From Octopus sinensis (Eukaryota), in the NCBI RefSeq assembly GCF_006345805.1, contig NC_043000.1:34968001-35032000 (forward strand): a DNA stretch of 64,000 nucleotides, written 5' to 3'. Shown in pieces: positions 1-13,464 of the stretch. Position numbers and translations under genes: made by a program. A model generated the notes under the pieces. The model was not told where the DNA came from. It did not search any database and saw nothing but the letters and a program-made list of their open reading frames with translations. The stretch's first letter is position 1. Every line of letters begins with the position of its first letter.

Positions 1-247
1 TACATAAAAAGAGCATTCAAGTGTGGTCGATACCGGTACTGCCTGACTGGCTCTCATGCTGGTGGCATGTAAAAAGCACCCACTACCCTCTGAGAGTGGT
101 TGACGTTAGGAAGGGCATCCAGCTGTAGAAATTTTGCCAGATCAAATTGGAGCCTGGTACAGCTTTCTGGCTTGCCAGCCCTCAGTCAAGCCATCCAACC
201 CATGCCAGCATGGAAAGCAGACATTAAACAAAGACGATGATGATGAT
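1..247 (+). mobile_element. RTE-type LINE 3' UTR fragment (5'-truncated), ending in (GAT)n tail
   Basis: Contains the motif GGAAGGGCATCCAGCTGTAGAA...CCATGCCAGCATGGAAA...(GAT)n, which recurs more than 12 times in the window. At 18783-19337 and 56933-57270 the same sequence follows an RTE ORF2 C-terminus. Confidence 0.75.
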
Positions 248-943
248 ATACATGTGTGTGTAAGTATGTATATATATTGTGTGTGCGTGTATATATGTAT
301 ATATATATATATTTTTGCATTTAATTTTGGGGGTTTTAGTGCCAGAGCTGCAGCCAAGCTAGGGCACTGCTGTTAATATATTTTACATATTTTGACCACA
401 AATATAGTAACATTGTAAATGTTTGCTCTCTACATTCATATGAACATATAGTTAATCAAGGCAGGTGTAGCTGTGTGGTGAAGAAGTTCACTTTCTAATG
501 ACAGGACTCCCTTTCACATTCAGATGTTGCTTATGATAAGGTTATCGTTATTATCAAAATTTGTCAATACATTTCTACTTACTCCCTTGTTGTGTAAGTG
601 CTTTATTAATTAATTCAATATTGCCAACATTTGCACTGTTATGCAAATTGGACAAACCACTTTAGTTGTGTCTGAGCGTGTGTATACTATAAATTATTTT
701 AAGCTGCTTGTAATCAAGGAAATGACTAACCCATCTTTGATGTTTGAAAACTGGAGATTGGTTGAATTAGTCTTCTTCTGCTGGCCACAGAAAGAAAAGC
801 CTTTAGTTTAATCAAAATTTCAGTCTTTACTGAGAAAGGTTAATTATGTTCACTGAAACAAACACATATATTTACTCTTCATGTTTCTACATATCTCTCC
901 CCCTCACACACACACATATATATATGTAGTAACACATGAATGT

Positions 944-1047
944 CATTTAAATTTGCAACAGCTGTTTTGGTGAGAACTTTATTCAATGTAGTCTTAAAGA
1001 TTACATCATATTATGTGAATCCACCATCTTCAGGCAAAATTTAAATG
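944..1047 (-). ncRNA. Minimal type-I hammerhead ribozyme motif (G12>A decayed) at a Penelope-like 3' end
   Basis: Minus strand reads stem I TTTAAATTTTGC - CTGAAGA (1033-1027) - T - GGTG...CACC - AAAAC (GAAAC with a CpG-type G>A change) - palindromic ACAGCTGT (965-958) - T - GCAAATTTAAA. It ends about 20 nt from a (TA)/(CA) microsatellite. Confidence 0.65.
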
Positions 1048-2224
1048 GTCAACTGAGATATTAGCCAATGTTGATATGCCGTGAGTCTTAATGCTAGACA
1101 AAAATGGAAATGACAGTATTTGACACTCTCAGTGAGGTCATGGTTTACAACTTGTGAGCACATGCGAAGACAGGAAAATTTTAACTCTTTCGTGAAGTCA
1201 CATATGCTTATATACTTATACTTGTAAACACATGATAGTTTCCTCATTTTCCTTCAATCAAGTTCACTCACAAGGCTTTAAGAGGCTTGGGGCTATAGTA
1301 GAAAACACTGCCCAAAGTAACCCACAGTATGAGTATATATATATAATGTATGTTTATGTATGTGTGTGTGTATCTGTATTCTATGATTTTCAGTAAAGAG
1401 AGTAAAGTTAATGTCATTATAAAAAACACAGAAAATCTTTTGAAATACGACTGGTTAGGGTTTCCTGGGCAAATTTATTTTGCGATTTTATCAAGCTAGT
1501 ATAGATAATAAAATGGTTTAATAACTGTGTTTGAGGCAATCAATGTTTGAAAGAGGATGTGCATTTACAAAAAAAGACAGAGAAATCAAAGGGAGATAAT
1601 ATCACTGTAAAAAATTAGAAAAATTACATGGACCAACACTAGAATGTGTTATGACGTGTCCAGTGGTGTATTCTTAATTCTTGTTAAGATGAAATTTGTA
1701 AAATACAGACAAAAAAAAATGCTCCTGGTATTTATACTATCATTGGAGATTCTTAAGATTTCTAAGACAGTTTTTCAAGCAAATGTACAGAACCTCCTCT
1801 TCACACATTGCTTTAAAATTTGGTCTGAGAAAGGATCTTCCATCTGATGTTACAGCTGATGTTCTCGTCTTGAAGTTTCCATATTAATGCTGAGAGAGTT
1901 GTTGCATGTCTCTTCTTGGGATGTCTAAAGATTGAAAAATAGTTATTGTATCTGGATTAAAATTTTCCTCTCACTGATCCAATGTAACATCTGGTCTCTG
2001 CCCCAGCTGTTTTCATAGTTATTTGAAATCTGTTGGTAGCTGTATTTCACGAGCCTTTGTTGAGATTTTTATTATAATAATAATATACACATGCATGCAC
2101 GCACATGTGCATTCAGATATGTATGTATATATGTATGTATGTATGTGTTTGTGTGCGTGCGTGTATATTATTTACTCTGCTGTCATTAAACAATGGATGA
2201 GGTTTTTGTATTTTCTTACTGAAC

Positions 2225-2395
2225 AACCACACAATTGCTTTGCAGGTATACAGGTGTGTCAAGCATCAGGTGTTGAAATGAATGCAGAGCAAGGTGAAAT
2301 GAAATGTTTTGCTTAAGAACAAAATGCATCACCTTATCTGGGAATTGAAATCACGATCGTTCAATTGTGATTACAACACCCAAGCTACTAGGTAC
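2225..2395 (-). mobile_element. Decayed tRNA-derived SINE head/CORE fragment
   Basis: Minus strand has CTAGTAGCTTGGGTG (A-box-like) ... GATTTCAATTCC (B-box-like), followed by TTCTTAAGCAAAACATTTCATTTCAC, a CORE-like block. Confidence 0.5.
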
Positions 2396-2700
2396 TAAGT
2401 GTGTTTGGGCAATTATATATCTGACATTCATCAACTCTAGCTAAAGAACAAGTTTTTCAATAAATGGCTTTATTAATCTTAACTAAATTATTTAAAAACT
2501 TCTTCTTTCAATAGACTTTGTTCCCTATTTAGTTACAAAATATTTCTACTGAGACAAGCTATATATCTGTTGACTAATTGATAGATTATATATATGTTCA
2601 TTTGTTAAATTGGGGCCTTGGGAAGTTAATAAATTCAGTAATGATTAGATTCATTTTTAGTAGCCTTTATGATAGTTATCTTTACATATATCGGTGCATA

Positions 2701-2733
<33 letters not shown>
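2701..2733. repeat. (AAT)11 microsatellite
   Basis: Read directly from the sequence. Confidence 0.95.
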
Positions 2734-2735
<2 letters not shown>

Positions 2736-4667
2736 TATATTGATGTGGATGTAAGATAAGACAAGAGGGGAGTGTTTTCATTCTGTAGTTTATATTTTAG
2801 TGTTTAACTTGGCTTTTCATTTATTTAATAAATTAAGTAACTATAATAATATATTGGGCTTAATTCGATCTATACCTATCCTCTTTGTTTTTAATTAAAA
2901 GAAATGTATATTTTATTGCTAAAAATTATTTGCTTTTGTGCGTGTGTGTGTGTGTATGTGTGTATTTTGTTACATTGAATTATATTAAAGATATATTTAC
3001 TTTGAAATGTTATTTTTCTTAAAATGTTACTTATATTTATTTAATAATAACTAAAAAACAAACACACACAAACTATTTCATTTAATGACAACTGCCAAAT
3101 TGCTTTAAAGCCAATATATTTTGTTAACCAATACTTGAATCAATATTGACAATGAATAATTCATGAAAATTGACAAATTTTCTTTTGTGAAATTTCATGA
3201 AATGAAGTCTTGTAGATCCTACTGTATCTAATTGAAAAATAGCTCGATTTTAATATTTTGTTTTTATTCTTTCATCACAGTGATTGATTGATTGAAGGGA
3301 AATTATAATAGTTTAATAGTTTTATGTTGTCAGTTTTGTTACAACAGAAAACCTATTTTCTCATCATTTCTTTTGAATGCTAATCTACAGAATGAAAACA
3401 GTTTTTATGCTAACACTTTCAAACTAGATTTTTTTTTTCTTCGAGAAATAAACATACATCAGCAATATATCTTATGATTTGAAAAGGCAGCATTTCATAA
3501 TGAGGAAAAATAATAGTAATTATTATGGTACTAATCATAAAAGTCTGATATTATCAAGACCTCATAATCTACTGGATAATTACATCATGAAATTTTATTT
3601 CATTTAATTTCTTTCTTTGCATCCATTATTCATTGTCAAGTTTAGACTTATAGCTTCTCTATGCTATTTTTCTCATCTCATTACAATTTGTGTTTGGTGT
3701 TTCTCTTATAATAACTTGATATTTTCATGATAGGGAAATGAATTTTTTATCACTTAAATAAATTTACTATCTTGTATCAAGATTGCTGCAAATGTCTAGA
3801 ACTTCTTATCTTTTGTCTGGTGGGGTTGTCATGTCATCTCTGTTGTTCACTGATTATATTTTGAAAAGTCAATGAAGTGTACGGAACTGGTGATTCCATC
3901 TCCTCACCCTCAAATGAATGGTAGATCTGATGGAAACTGATATGATTATAATGACATATGCATAATTTTCCAGCAACAAGAATAAAATAAGAAAAAAAAA
4001 TGACCCATAAATGTTATATATGCACATACATATACTTATTCTTAATATTATTATATGTGTGAGTGTGTGTTTGTGTTTGTGAGATAAGTTTGTGTGTTTG
4101 AATATAAATATAAATTCTTAGAATTATATGTATATCAGACTTAAATACTTAACAAATTGAGGGGAAATCTGGCTGGAGTCGGGAGTGGGGTTTGGCTGAC
4201 TATCAGATATATTTTTTCTTATTTTAAATTCTGCAACTATATGTGTTCTATTGTCCACAAAATATTACAGGAATTGTTATATTTAGAATAATAATCTTTT
4301 TTCATTACTTTTTCTCCCCCTCCTCTTCCCAGAAGATGAGAGATACAAGTTTCTAACTTTGGGTTTTTTTCTTCCCTATTTCTGTAATTTATTCTCTTAT
4401 GTTTTTATATTTGGTAATATTAATCTTATCAAATTACAATTTTTACTAAATCAACTGAATAATGCTTATTCTAAATATTATATTTATTGAAATAATAATT
4501 TTAATAATAAATTTTTCAACAAAATGAACCAAATTATAGCTTTTTTGTAAAAGTGAAAATAAAAAACTGGAAACAAAGAAAATATTTGTGTGGTAGTTAG
4601 GTTATTAAGAATAAAAAGTTTATCATTGTAAATATATCATCGTTATAGTGATAATAATAATTATAAT

Positions 4668-5405
4668 AATCTTTTCTGCTATAAGCACAAAGCTTGAAAT
4701 TTTGGGGAAAGGGGTTTGTTGATTACATTGACCCCTGTGCTAAACTGGTACTTTTTTTTTATCAACCCTGAAAAGATGAAAAGCAAAGTTAACCTCAGTG
4801 GAATTTGAACTCAGAATGTAAAGATGAGTGAAATTTCACTAAGCATCTTACCCAACATACTAACAATTCTGCCAACTTGCCAGTAGTACAAGTAGTAGTA
4901 GTAGTAATAATTGTTTCTCTTGTAGGCCCAAGGCCAGAAATTGGCAGGGATGGGGTAAGTCGGTTACATCGGCCCCAGTGCGTAACTGGTATTTATTTAA
5001 TCAACCCCGAAAGGATGAAAGGCAAAGTCAACCTTGGCGGAATTTGAACTCAGAACGTAGTGGCAGACTAAATATTGCTAAGCATTTCGCCCGGTGTGCT
5101 AATGATTCTGCCAGCTCGCCAACTTAATAATAATAATGATAATGATAATAATACATTAATAATAATTAGTTACTACTACTACTAATAATAATAATAACGA
5201 TGATGATGATGATTTCAAATTTTTTCCACATGGGCAGCTTGAGGGAGGGGCTTAAATCAATTACATTCACCCCAGTGCATAACTGGTACTTATTTTATCG
5301 ACCCCCCCCCAAAAAAAAAAAAGATGAAAGGCAAAGTCGACCTCGGTAGAATTTGCATTTAGAACATAGAGACAGATGAAATAATGCTAAGCATTTTGCC
5401 TGGTA
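4668..5405 (-). mobile_element. Three tandem copies of tRNA-derived SINE family B (about 4668-4881, 4912-5123, 5213-5405)
   Basis: Each has GGCAAAGTC(A/G)ACCT..GCGGAATTTGAACTCAGAA (B box GAGTTCAAATTCC on minus) and a central GCCTTTCATCCTTTCGGGG...AGTACCAGTT block. Copies are separated by (AAT)/(AGT) runs. Confidence 0.85.
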
Positions 5406-6067
5406 CATAATAATAATGATAATAATAATACAACTATAATAAGTTTTATGCCTATTTTCCCTTACTAGTGGAGTTTGGGTCAATTTGTTACCAGCAGCCT
5501 GCCATTTCCTCGTCATCAGTCTGTTATGTGTAAATTCTGTCAGTACACTTTTCATGAGGTTTAGTGATTTACAGAAGTCATAGGGAGTCATAGTTTAGCA
5601 TTGTGACTGGGTATTCTTCTTTATGGTTTGTGTGCTTATTATAATATAAACCCCAAAATATCTACATAATTACTCACACACATGCCCACACCATCATCAT
5701 CATCATAATCATAATCAATATATACCCACCCATTTGTCTATACTTGCGGAGGTGAGATGGTTTGGTTACAGCACTATATCTCACCACTTGTAAAATTTAA
5801 ACATTTATTTCTGAGATCAAACCTCACCATTTTCACATGTGTTTTCCTCTTCCTGCAAGTTCCTTCCATTTGCATCATTTGTCCCCAGCTCCTCCAGCTA
5901 TCAGCCTTCAAATGCCTCACACGTCTTTATCAGTCTCTTGCACACTATGGCTGCTTCCCATGATGTCCCAACACACCCATTATCTAATGTTCATGCATTC
6001 TGGCATTAACCATCTATTGGAACATATATCTCTCTCTAACTTTCACACATCCTCCACATACAAATAT

Positions 6068-6226
6068 AGTTGTGGCTGCATGGTAAGAAGTTTGCTTCCC
6101 TACTACATGGTTCCAGGTTCAGTGCTATTTCGTGGTACCTTGGGCAAATGTCTACTATAGCCCTGCAAGCCAGCCAAAGCCTTGTCGGTGGATTTGATAG
6201 ACAGAAACTAAAAAAAAAAAGCCTGC

Positions 6227-6265
<39 letters not shown>

Positions 6266-6429
6266 TGCTCTCATAACTTAGTGATTTGACAAAAGGAACC
6301 AATATAATAAGTTCCAGGCTTTAAAAAATAGTACTGAAGTCAACTCATTTGACTGAAAGAAAAATTCTTCAAGGTGCTGCCCCAGCATGGCTGTGGTCTA
6401 GTGGCTGAAACAAATCAAAGATGAAAGAT
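6068..6429 (+). mobile_element. tRNA/CORE-SINE family C (OR2-like), non-RTE tail
   Basis: GTGGCTGCATGGTAAGAAG head, GGTTCAG B box, CORE-like GGTACCTTGGGCAAATGTC, internal (TG)n, and tail CCCCAGCATGGC...CTGAAACAAA. Confidence 0.8.
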
Positions 6430-7102
6430 TCAAGATACATGTCTTGTTACCATTTGTCATGCACTTGGTGCACAAACTTCATATAATTTTCTCTGACTCT
6501 TTGAGCGAGAGAAACCTATTGTTGATAACAGAGGAAAACAGTTCCTTACAATTTTTCCACTCCTTTGATAATTTCACTGCTATACTCATACCTCAACGGT
6601 ATTTATTGTTCAAATTTACACTGAGTTAGAGAGATTGTTTTTTATGATTGACGTGTTGAGTAATATAAAGACATTTTGCTATAAAATCAGTTTTTCAGAA
6701 AATATACAAAGGTCTAAATATATTAAAGTAAAAAAATCATCCAATCTACCTGAAAACTGGTAAAATAAAGTAAACTGAGGAATTAGTTTAGATTATATAA
6801 AACATTATTTTCCTGAATTTCCTAACAAATAAAAAAATTGAGACAATGGTGATTCTATGTAGATTTGAAGGAGAACATTGAATGTGTCTCAGTGTCATAA
6901 ATCAACATGTACTGGTGCTTCTATAATATAGTGAAAAAGTGTCATTTAAAGGAGATTGCTTGATTTTTTTTCTAGTTAAGACTAAAGTAACAACTACATA
7001 GATGCTTCCTAACTCACATGTATCTTCTTATATTCTATGTTGACACAAAGGTGCATGTATACATGTGTGTGTATACTTTGTAGTTCAGGTGTTCAAGATA
7101 TT

Positions 7103-7465
7103 CATCATCATCGTTTAATGTCCGCTTTCCATGCTGGCATGGGTTGGACGGTTCGACCAGGGTCTGGGAAGCCAGGAGGCTGCACCAGGCTCCAGTCTGA
7201 TCTGGCAGTGTTTCTACAGCTGGATGCCTTTCCTAACGCCAACCACTCCGTGAGTGTAGTGGGTGCTTTTTACGTGCCACCGGCACAGGAGCCAAGTGAG
7301 GCTGGTAATGGCCATGATCGGTTGGTGCTTTTTATGTGCCACCAGCATGGAGGCCAGTCGAGGTGGCACTAGCAACAGCGACTTTCGGATGGTTCTTTTA
7401 TGTGCCACAGCACTGGTATCCACAGATTTTTGATCGATTTCGATTTCACTTGCCTCAACAGGTCT
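7103..7465 (-). mobile_element. RTE-type LINE 3' UTR fragment
   Basis: (CAT)n-CGTTTAATGTCCGCTTTCCATGCTGGCATGGG... is the reverse complement of the RTE tail family, with internal AAAAAGCACC sub-repeats. Confidence 0.8.
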
Positions 7466-8129
7466 TTCTACTAATTGTTGATTTATCTCACTACCAAAGC
7501 TAGAAGCAGCAGCAATGACCTGTATTGACTGCATTGCAATATTTCTCGACATTTTCACTCAAATAATTTTTTCTTAATCTACATCTCGACACTTGATTGA
7601 TAAAGCCATTTTTTAAATATTTCTCCCAATACTAACAGACATTCTTTATCAAGTTTTTAATGTAATTCCTTTATTCTTACCTTTATTCTTCAAAATATAA
7701 GAATATTGACAATGGATCATGATTAACAATATAAACTAGTATAATATCATGGAATTATAAATGTCATGCAGACAGTATTAATTCTGAAGATCAAACTTTT
7801 CAATTAAATTCAAATTCTAAGACCTCTCTTGCATGTTTAACTACAGGTTTTCAAAAATATCATTTTATATTTTCTCTGCAAGAATAACTGTGGTATTGTA
7901 AAATTAATTTGTTTAGAAAATCGTGTCCATGTGGAAAATAAACATCAAAGATGCAGAGAAAAACACAAACCACTCATATTAGTTTTCTTTATTTAATCTT
8001 TGAAATTAAGCTCCATAATTTTTATCTTCTAAATTTATTTTTCCTTTAATACAATGAAGTCTTTAAATTGATAAATCCCTTTCAGACATGACTAACAGTA
8101 ATTTAGTTTGTTGATATATATGTGTGTGT

Positions 8130-8332
8130 AAGGCGGCGAGCTGGCAGAAACATTAGCACGCCGGGCGAAAGTATTTCGTCTGACTTTATGTTCTGAGTTC
8201 AAATTCCGCCAAGGTTGTCTTTGCTTTTCATCCTTTCAGGGTCAATAGATTCAGTATGAGTTGCATATTAGGGTTGATCTAATCGAATGCCCCCTCCCCA
8301 AAAGTTTTGGGCCTTGTGCCTAGAATAGAAAA
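8130..8332 (+). mobile_element. SINE family B, near full length
   Basis: AAGGCGGCGAGCTGGCAGAAAC head, GAGTTCAAATTCCGCC B box, and central TTTCATCCTTTCAGGG block. Confidence 0.85.
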
Positions 8333-9429
8333 TGATATATGTGTGTGTGTGTGAGTGTATGAGAGAGAGAGAGGAATTTCACAACTGATCTTTCATGCTG
8401 GTCCTCTTTGGGTGGATTGTTATTGTCCAAGTCAGTTCTTCTTCTAAGTTACTGGCAGTCTAGACAGGTTAGGAGCTGTGCCTCAACTGTACATTCTGTT
8501 TTGGGCAGGCTTACTATGAGTGGATGTTCTTCCAAACAATAACCACTTTTGTGAGCTGTTTATTGTGGCACCAGCAGAAAAGTAGTTGCCTTTGGCAAGA
8601 GTAAAGAATCCTCTTTGCCGTCTACATGGTCTCTGTTCATTTTTTTAGGAGTACCAGTTGGGAAGAGAACTAGAGTGAGAGGGTAACAGAAGAGTTAACT
8701 GAAGCAAACCAGAGGAGCCAGAGTGAGAGGTTACGGACCAGTTAAATGGTGGTGGTCGTTGGTGAGGAGAAGGAGTAGAAACAACATATTGATAGGGTGA
8801 TAGCATAGAGAGAGAGAGAAGAGAGAAAGAGAGAGAGAGAAGAACAGAGTGACAGAGTAAGGCCAGCTACAAAATAGTTGAAAATGAGGAGACAGAATAG
8901 TAATAGCTTAAGTGGTGTGATGGGAGTGGGGGTGAGTGATAGTTGGGAGACAAGAAGGGAGTAACCAAAGAACAAAAATTGAGAGAAGAGGGAGTAATGT
9001 GAGAAAGCTGATTGGTTGTTGGGAGATGAAGACAGTAATTGTACAGGTGGCATGAGTGGAAGGGAAACTTTCCTTGCAATCCCTATCATCATTTCTTGTT
9101 TTCCACACTTTCACGTTTTGGACAGGTCTTTCCCAAGCATTTTGTTACTCTCTCATGATCTCTAGTCTTTTCAAATCACTCTTCCTTGGTCTCCAACTTT
9201 CACAGATTTCATCTACTTTGAATATTCAGCACTTTCTCTTCACAATTGGTATCCCTCTTATGTGCTACATGTCTAAACTAAACCTGTGAAGTCTTACTTT
9301 TTGCACAATAACATTACATATTTGCAAATATTCCTAAAATAGGTGTGTGTGTGTGTATGTGAGAGAGAGAGAGATTAGATATTAGTTTGTGATTTTTGTT
9401 TCATTTCATTACGTTAATCTCTTGATTAA

Positions 9430-9596
9430 TTACATTGAGTTCAAATTCCACCGAGGTCGACTTTGCCTTTCATCCTTTCGGGGTTGATTAAAATAAGTAC
9501 CAGTTACGCACTGGGGTCGATGTAATCAACTTAATCCCCTAGTCTGTCCTTGTTTGTCCCCTCTATGTTTAGCCCCCTGTGGGCAATAAAGAAATA
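9430..9596 (+). mobile_element. 5'-truncated SINE family B with 14-bp TSD
   Basis: Runs from the B box to ...GGGCAATAAAGAAATA. The direct repeat AATCTCTTGATTAA flanks it at 9416-9429 and 9597-9610. Confidence 0.85.
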
Positions 9597-9911
9597 AATC
9601 TCTTGATTAAGGAGCTGCATTTTCATGATCCAAAAATATAAATTTTAAATCTCCCCTTTTTAGTTATTTTGTTATGCCTTTTCATCATTAAAATCAGACT
9701 AGTTTATGCTGTCATGGGCTAGTGGTGAATAATACATGGTCAGAATTAAACTCTACAACTGGTTGGTAGGTTTAATCTGTAGACAAGGTGTATTTATTTC
9801 TGTGTAATTCTGTCGACTAACAGTTATCAACTCTTATTTTACAGGTGGCTTTTAATAGCATCCACTAATAATATGCACAATTTTAATTTGCATAAGCCAG
9901 CTCACCTGTGC

Positions 9912-9953
<42 letters not shown>

Positions 9954-10219
9954 GAATATATAATTCAATTTATTTTAAATTTGCAGTCATTTCTGTCGAC
10001 CATGATAATGTCTTGGTATTTGTCACAAAATTTAAGTTTCGGCATTTGTTATTCCTCTGCTGTTTTTTCTCCCATATAATGGCTATTGGTGTAATTGGTT
10101 GTAATTATTAAGGTTAGATTGGATTGGCTTGCCTGTGTTTAGGTCACTGCAGGACAAAGGCCTTAGCATGTTCTATCCACCATCCACAGTCTGGTGTGCA
10201 GGTTATGAATTTTGACGGG

Positions 10220-10410
10220 GCTTGGCAGAGGGGTACAGAGGAGTAAAATCAATTACATCAAACCCCAGTACACAACTGGTACTTATTTCATTGGCCCTGA
10301 AAGGACGAAAGGCAAAGTTGGCTTTGGCAGAATTTGAACTTAGAATATGGGCCCAGACAAAATACTGGAATGCATTTTGCCTGGCTTGCTTAATAATTCT
10401 GCCAGCTTAC
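10220..10410 (-). mobile_element. SINE family B copy
   Basis: Same central block and B box (GAATTTGAACTTAGAA on plus). Confidence 0.75.
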
Positions 10411-12449
10411 CACAGAATTGTTATTATATTAATATCTTAATTATTAAGATATTAATACAGTAACCCTTGTAGAAAATTTTTTTTTAAAATCCTATATTTG
10501 ACTATATTATTATGAATGTATTTCATTATGTCTTTACCAATAAATTACGTGTTCAGTCTTACCACTGTGTGTTGCTAAGTTTATGCTAAAAGAATGTTCC
10601 AGCTAATAAATATGTGAAAATTTAAAAACGGTTTCTATTACTGCCTGCTGAGCCATATGTAATAATGCTGTTTTTCTTTTCTACCAATTTACTCAGTTGG
10701 TATTTGACTCAACAAACTCCATGTGCTTAATTATTTTAGGTGACATCAGAAATCTTTGTTCCTTCGGTTACATTGCCTCTCAAGTAACTTCTTATTCAGT
10801 CTTTTGTTAGTGTTTGATGGAATTTCAGCATTTCTTGCATTGTGAGATTAATACTGCTTTTTGTTACTTTATAACTTTTTGCTGTATTTTTTTTTTTTTT
10901 ACTGCATTGGAAACCAGACTGCCACCTTTAAATCTAGTCCTATGGAAGTATCTTCAATAACGAACTTGGTCTGATGGTTTTTCTTTGTACATATTCTGCA
11001 AAATTGATGAAATTCTTGATGGGAAAAGGTCTTAATTTCGGAAGAAGAAAGAAAAACAAGCTAAATGTCTATTATATATTTACTAAAATCAAATTAAATA
11101 TTAATGTGAGTTTAAACAATACATTATTAAGACTTCATACATTTGAAATACTGATAGTTTACTGCTCTATAAATGTTCTCTCATCTCTGTTGACCAAAAC
11201 TAATGGCTGACTTCCTCAACTTCCTCTATATTCTCATAGTTTTAATCTACCAACTTTAATACTTGAATTTAGATATGTTTTTAATCAATTCAAATCATTA
11301 TTTTCCCTCTTTTAAAATTAAAGATCTAATTGATTTATTATCAAAAAAAAAAAAAAGCACTTATTTATAATCTGGTTGATCAAGCAGTAGAAAAATCAAT
11401 AATTAATAACAACTATTTAAAAAGTTATATTGTTTTAGCTGAAAGTCCTTTAATCTTCTTCAAAATTAAATTGTTTCCTTCAATTTCATTGCACTTTTAT
11501 TTTAGAATATCTTTAAAAGCTTACATTATATTTCAGTTATATTGCTGTCTCCCTCTAGACTCAACAGATGTTTAAATTCATCAACTAGTAATATTTTACT
11601 CTAATATACCTCCTTAGCTATGAAATCTTCAAAATATTTTCTGTTAATTTTTTTTTTTCTAAGCTATATAGTCTTTGTCATTTATTTATAAAAAAAAATA
11701 TTTCTTTTATCATTAAATCAATGAATGGCATTGTTTTTGTTTATTTCTAAAAACAAGTCTATTTTAGTGCAAAAGTGCTTCAGGCAATTTGGTATAAATA
11801 AAAGAATTGGAAGCAACATTACACTATGTTTGTTGGGGAAGCAAGCTTGAGAAGAAAATTATTTGATTTTGTTTGGGTTGGGTTGTAAGGAAAAGTGGTG
11901 AAAAGGTGATTTATTTATGTTTTCTTAATAAAATTAGGTACAAAGATGACTGACAACTCACACAAATATTTTCAAGCCCTTTTTCTTCAGAAAACTCCCA
12001 ACTGATTGTTAGTTGCTATTTTTAGGCATGCCTGATTCCTTGGACCTGTGGTCAGAGGCAGTCCTGTTTTGGGGAGTATCTGGCATTACATATTTTCTAA
12101 TGTGCTTCCTTTTGTTTTTTGTTTTTTTTTTAAGTGGTAATGGTAATTTGAAGGGAATTTGGCTGCTTCTTTTCCTAAGCTGACCAGCCAGGTAAAGGGT
12201 CACCTGACTAGTGCAATTAGTATTTTATTTGAATGTTTGGAGAGATTGACATAGAAGGATTCACACAACGTTTCTATGAAAGATTGGCTAAAGTGATGCT
12301 GAAAAGCATAGACTTTTCTAAAAGCAAGAATCCAAGTATTTGAATTTTCATTCAGCGCTTTAATTATATTGTATTTTAACTACCCCTTCACTCTCCCCAC
12401 TCTCTCATATTCTGTTTTTTTTTTTATTTTGTCCATTGTTATCTTCTTC

Positions 12450-12640
12450 ATCATAATAGAATGTGTCTTCCATGCTGGAGTGATCAGGATAGTTTGACAG
12501 GATCCAACAGACCAGAGGACTGCTTTGAGCCCTACTGTCTGCTTTGGGATGATTTCTACAGCTAGATACCCTTCCAAATGCCCACCACTTTACATTATGT
12601 ACTTGGTGCTTTTTCTTTCATGACACCAGCACTAGTGGGG
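12450..12640 (-). mobile_element. Old RTE-type 3' UTR fragment
   Basis: CCATGCTGG...TTTCTACAGCTAGATACCCTTCCAAATGCCCACCACTTTAC matches the tail family but is degenerate. Confidence 0.55.
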
Positions 12641-13464
12641 TTGCCATGTAATTTACAGGAAAAAATAAAGAGAAAAAGGCTCCTTAATTGAGTGGTTAAT
12701 AGGGATGTCGCTTTATGCCAGGTGTTGAGGAGCTAAAGAATGAAAGAGAGACAGGAACAGGTATCTTGCTATAGGGGAGGTAGGTACATGGCTACCCTAT
12801 CATTCATTGCCTTGTAAGAGTAACTGAGAGCGAAACAAAAATGGTGTTGACAAGGTGTTAGAGCATACTGTCAAGGTATAGAAGGGTGAGTATAGGAGAG
12901 AATATGGATGAAAGACCAGAATGGAAGGGGGTGGGGGTGAGCAAGTTGATTGGAATTTGAGAGGTGAGTGATGGATGTTTAGAGATGGGTGTAGAGGTGA
13001 ACATAGTGAATGAAAGGGGGTGGATGTGTGGTCAGTGGCAATTATTAGTATGGTGAGAGAGGGAGGTAGGGGAAGGTGGGGTTGATAAGTGGCAGTAGAG
13101 GAAAGGTTGGGCAGTGGCTGAGTAATAAACCTGAAGACAGATTAGAAATAAGGAATAGGGGAGGAGAGAGAGAGAGAGAGAGAGAGTGAGAGAGGTACAG
13201 TGACAGATAGAGATCAGATATGTAAGAGAGTAAGGGACAAGTTTGTAGAGTGAAGCTTCGGGGTAGATATGAGGGTGCTGCGATAAAAATATGCATATAT
13301 AATTATATACATACATATATGTGTGTGTGTATGTATGAATGTATGTGTGTGTTTATAGATATGTACACACGTGTGTGTATATATGAATATGTGTGTGTTT
13401 ATATATACATATATATATATTTATAGGTATACCTATATTTATATATATATATATATATATATAT

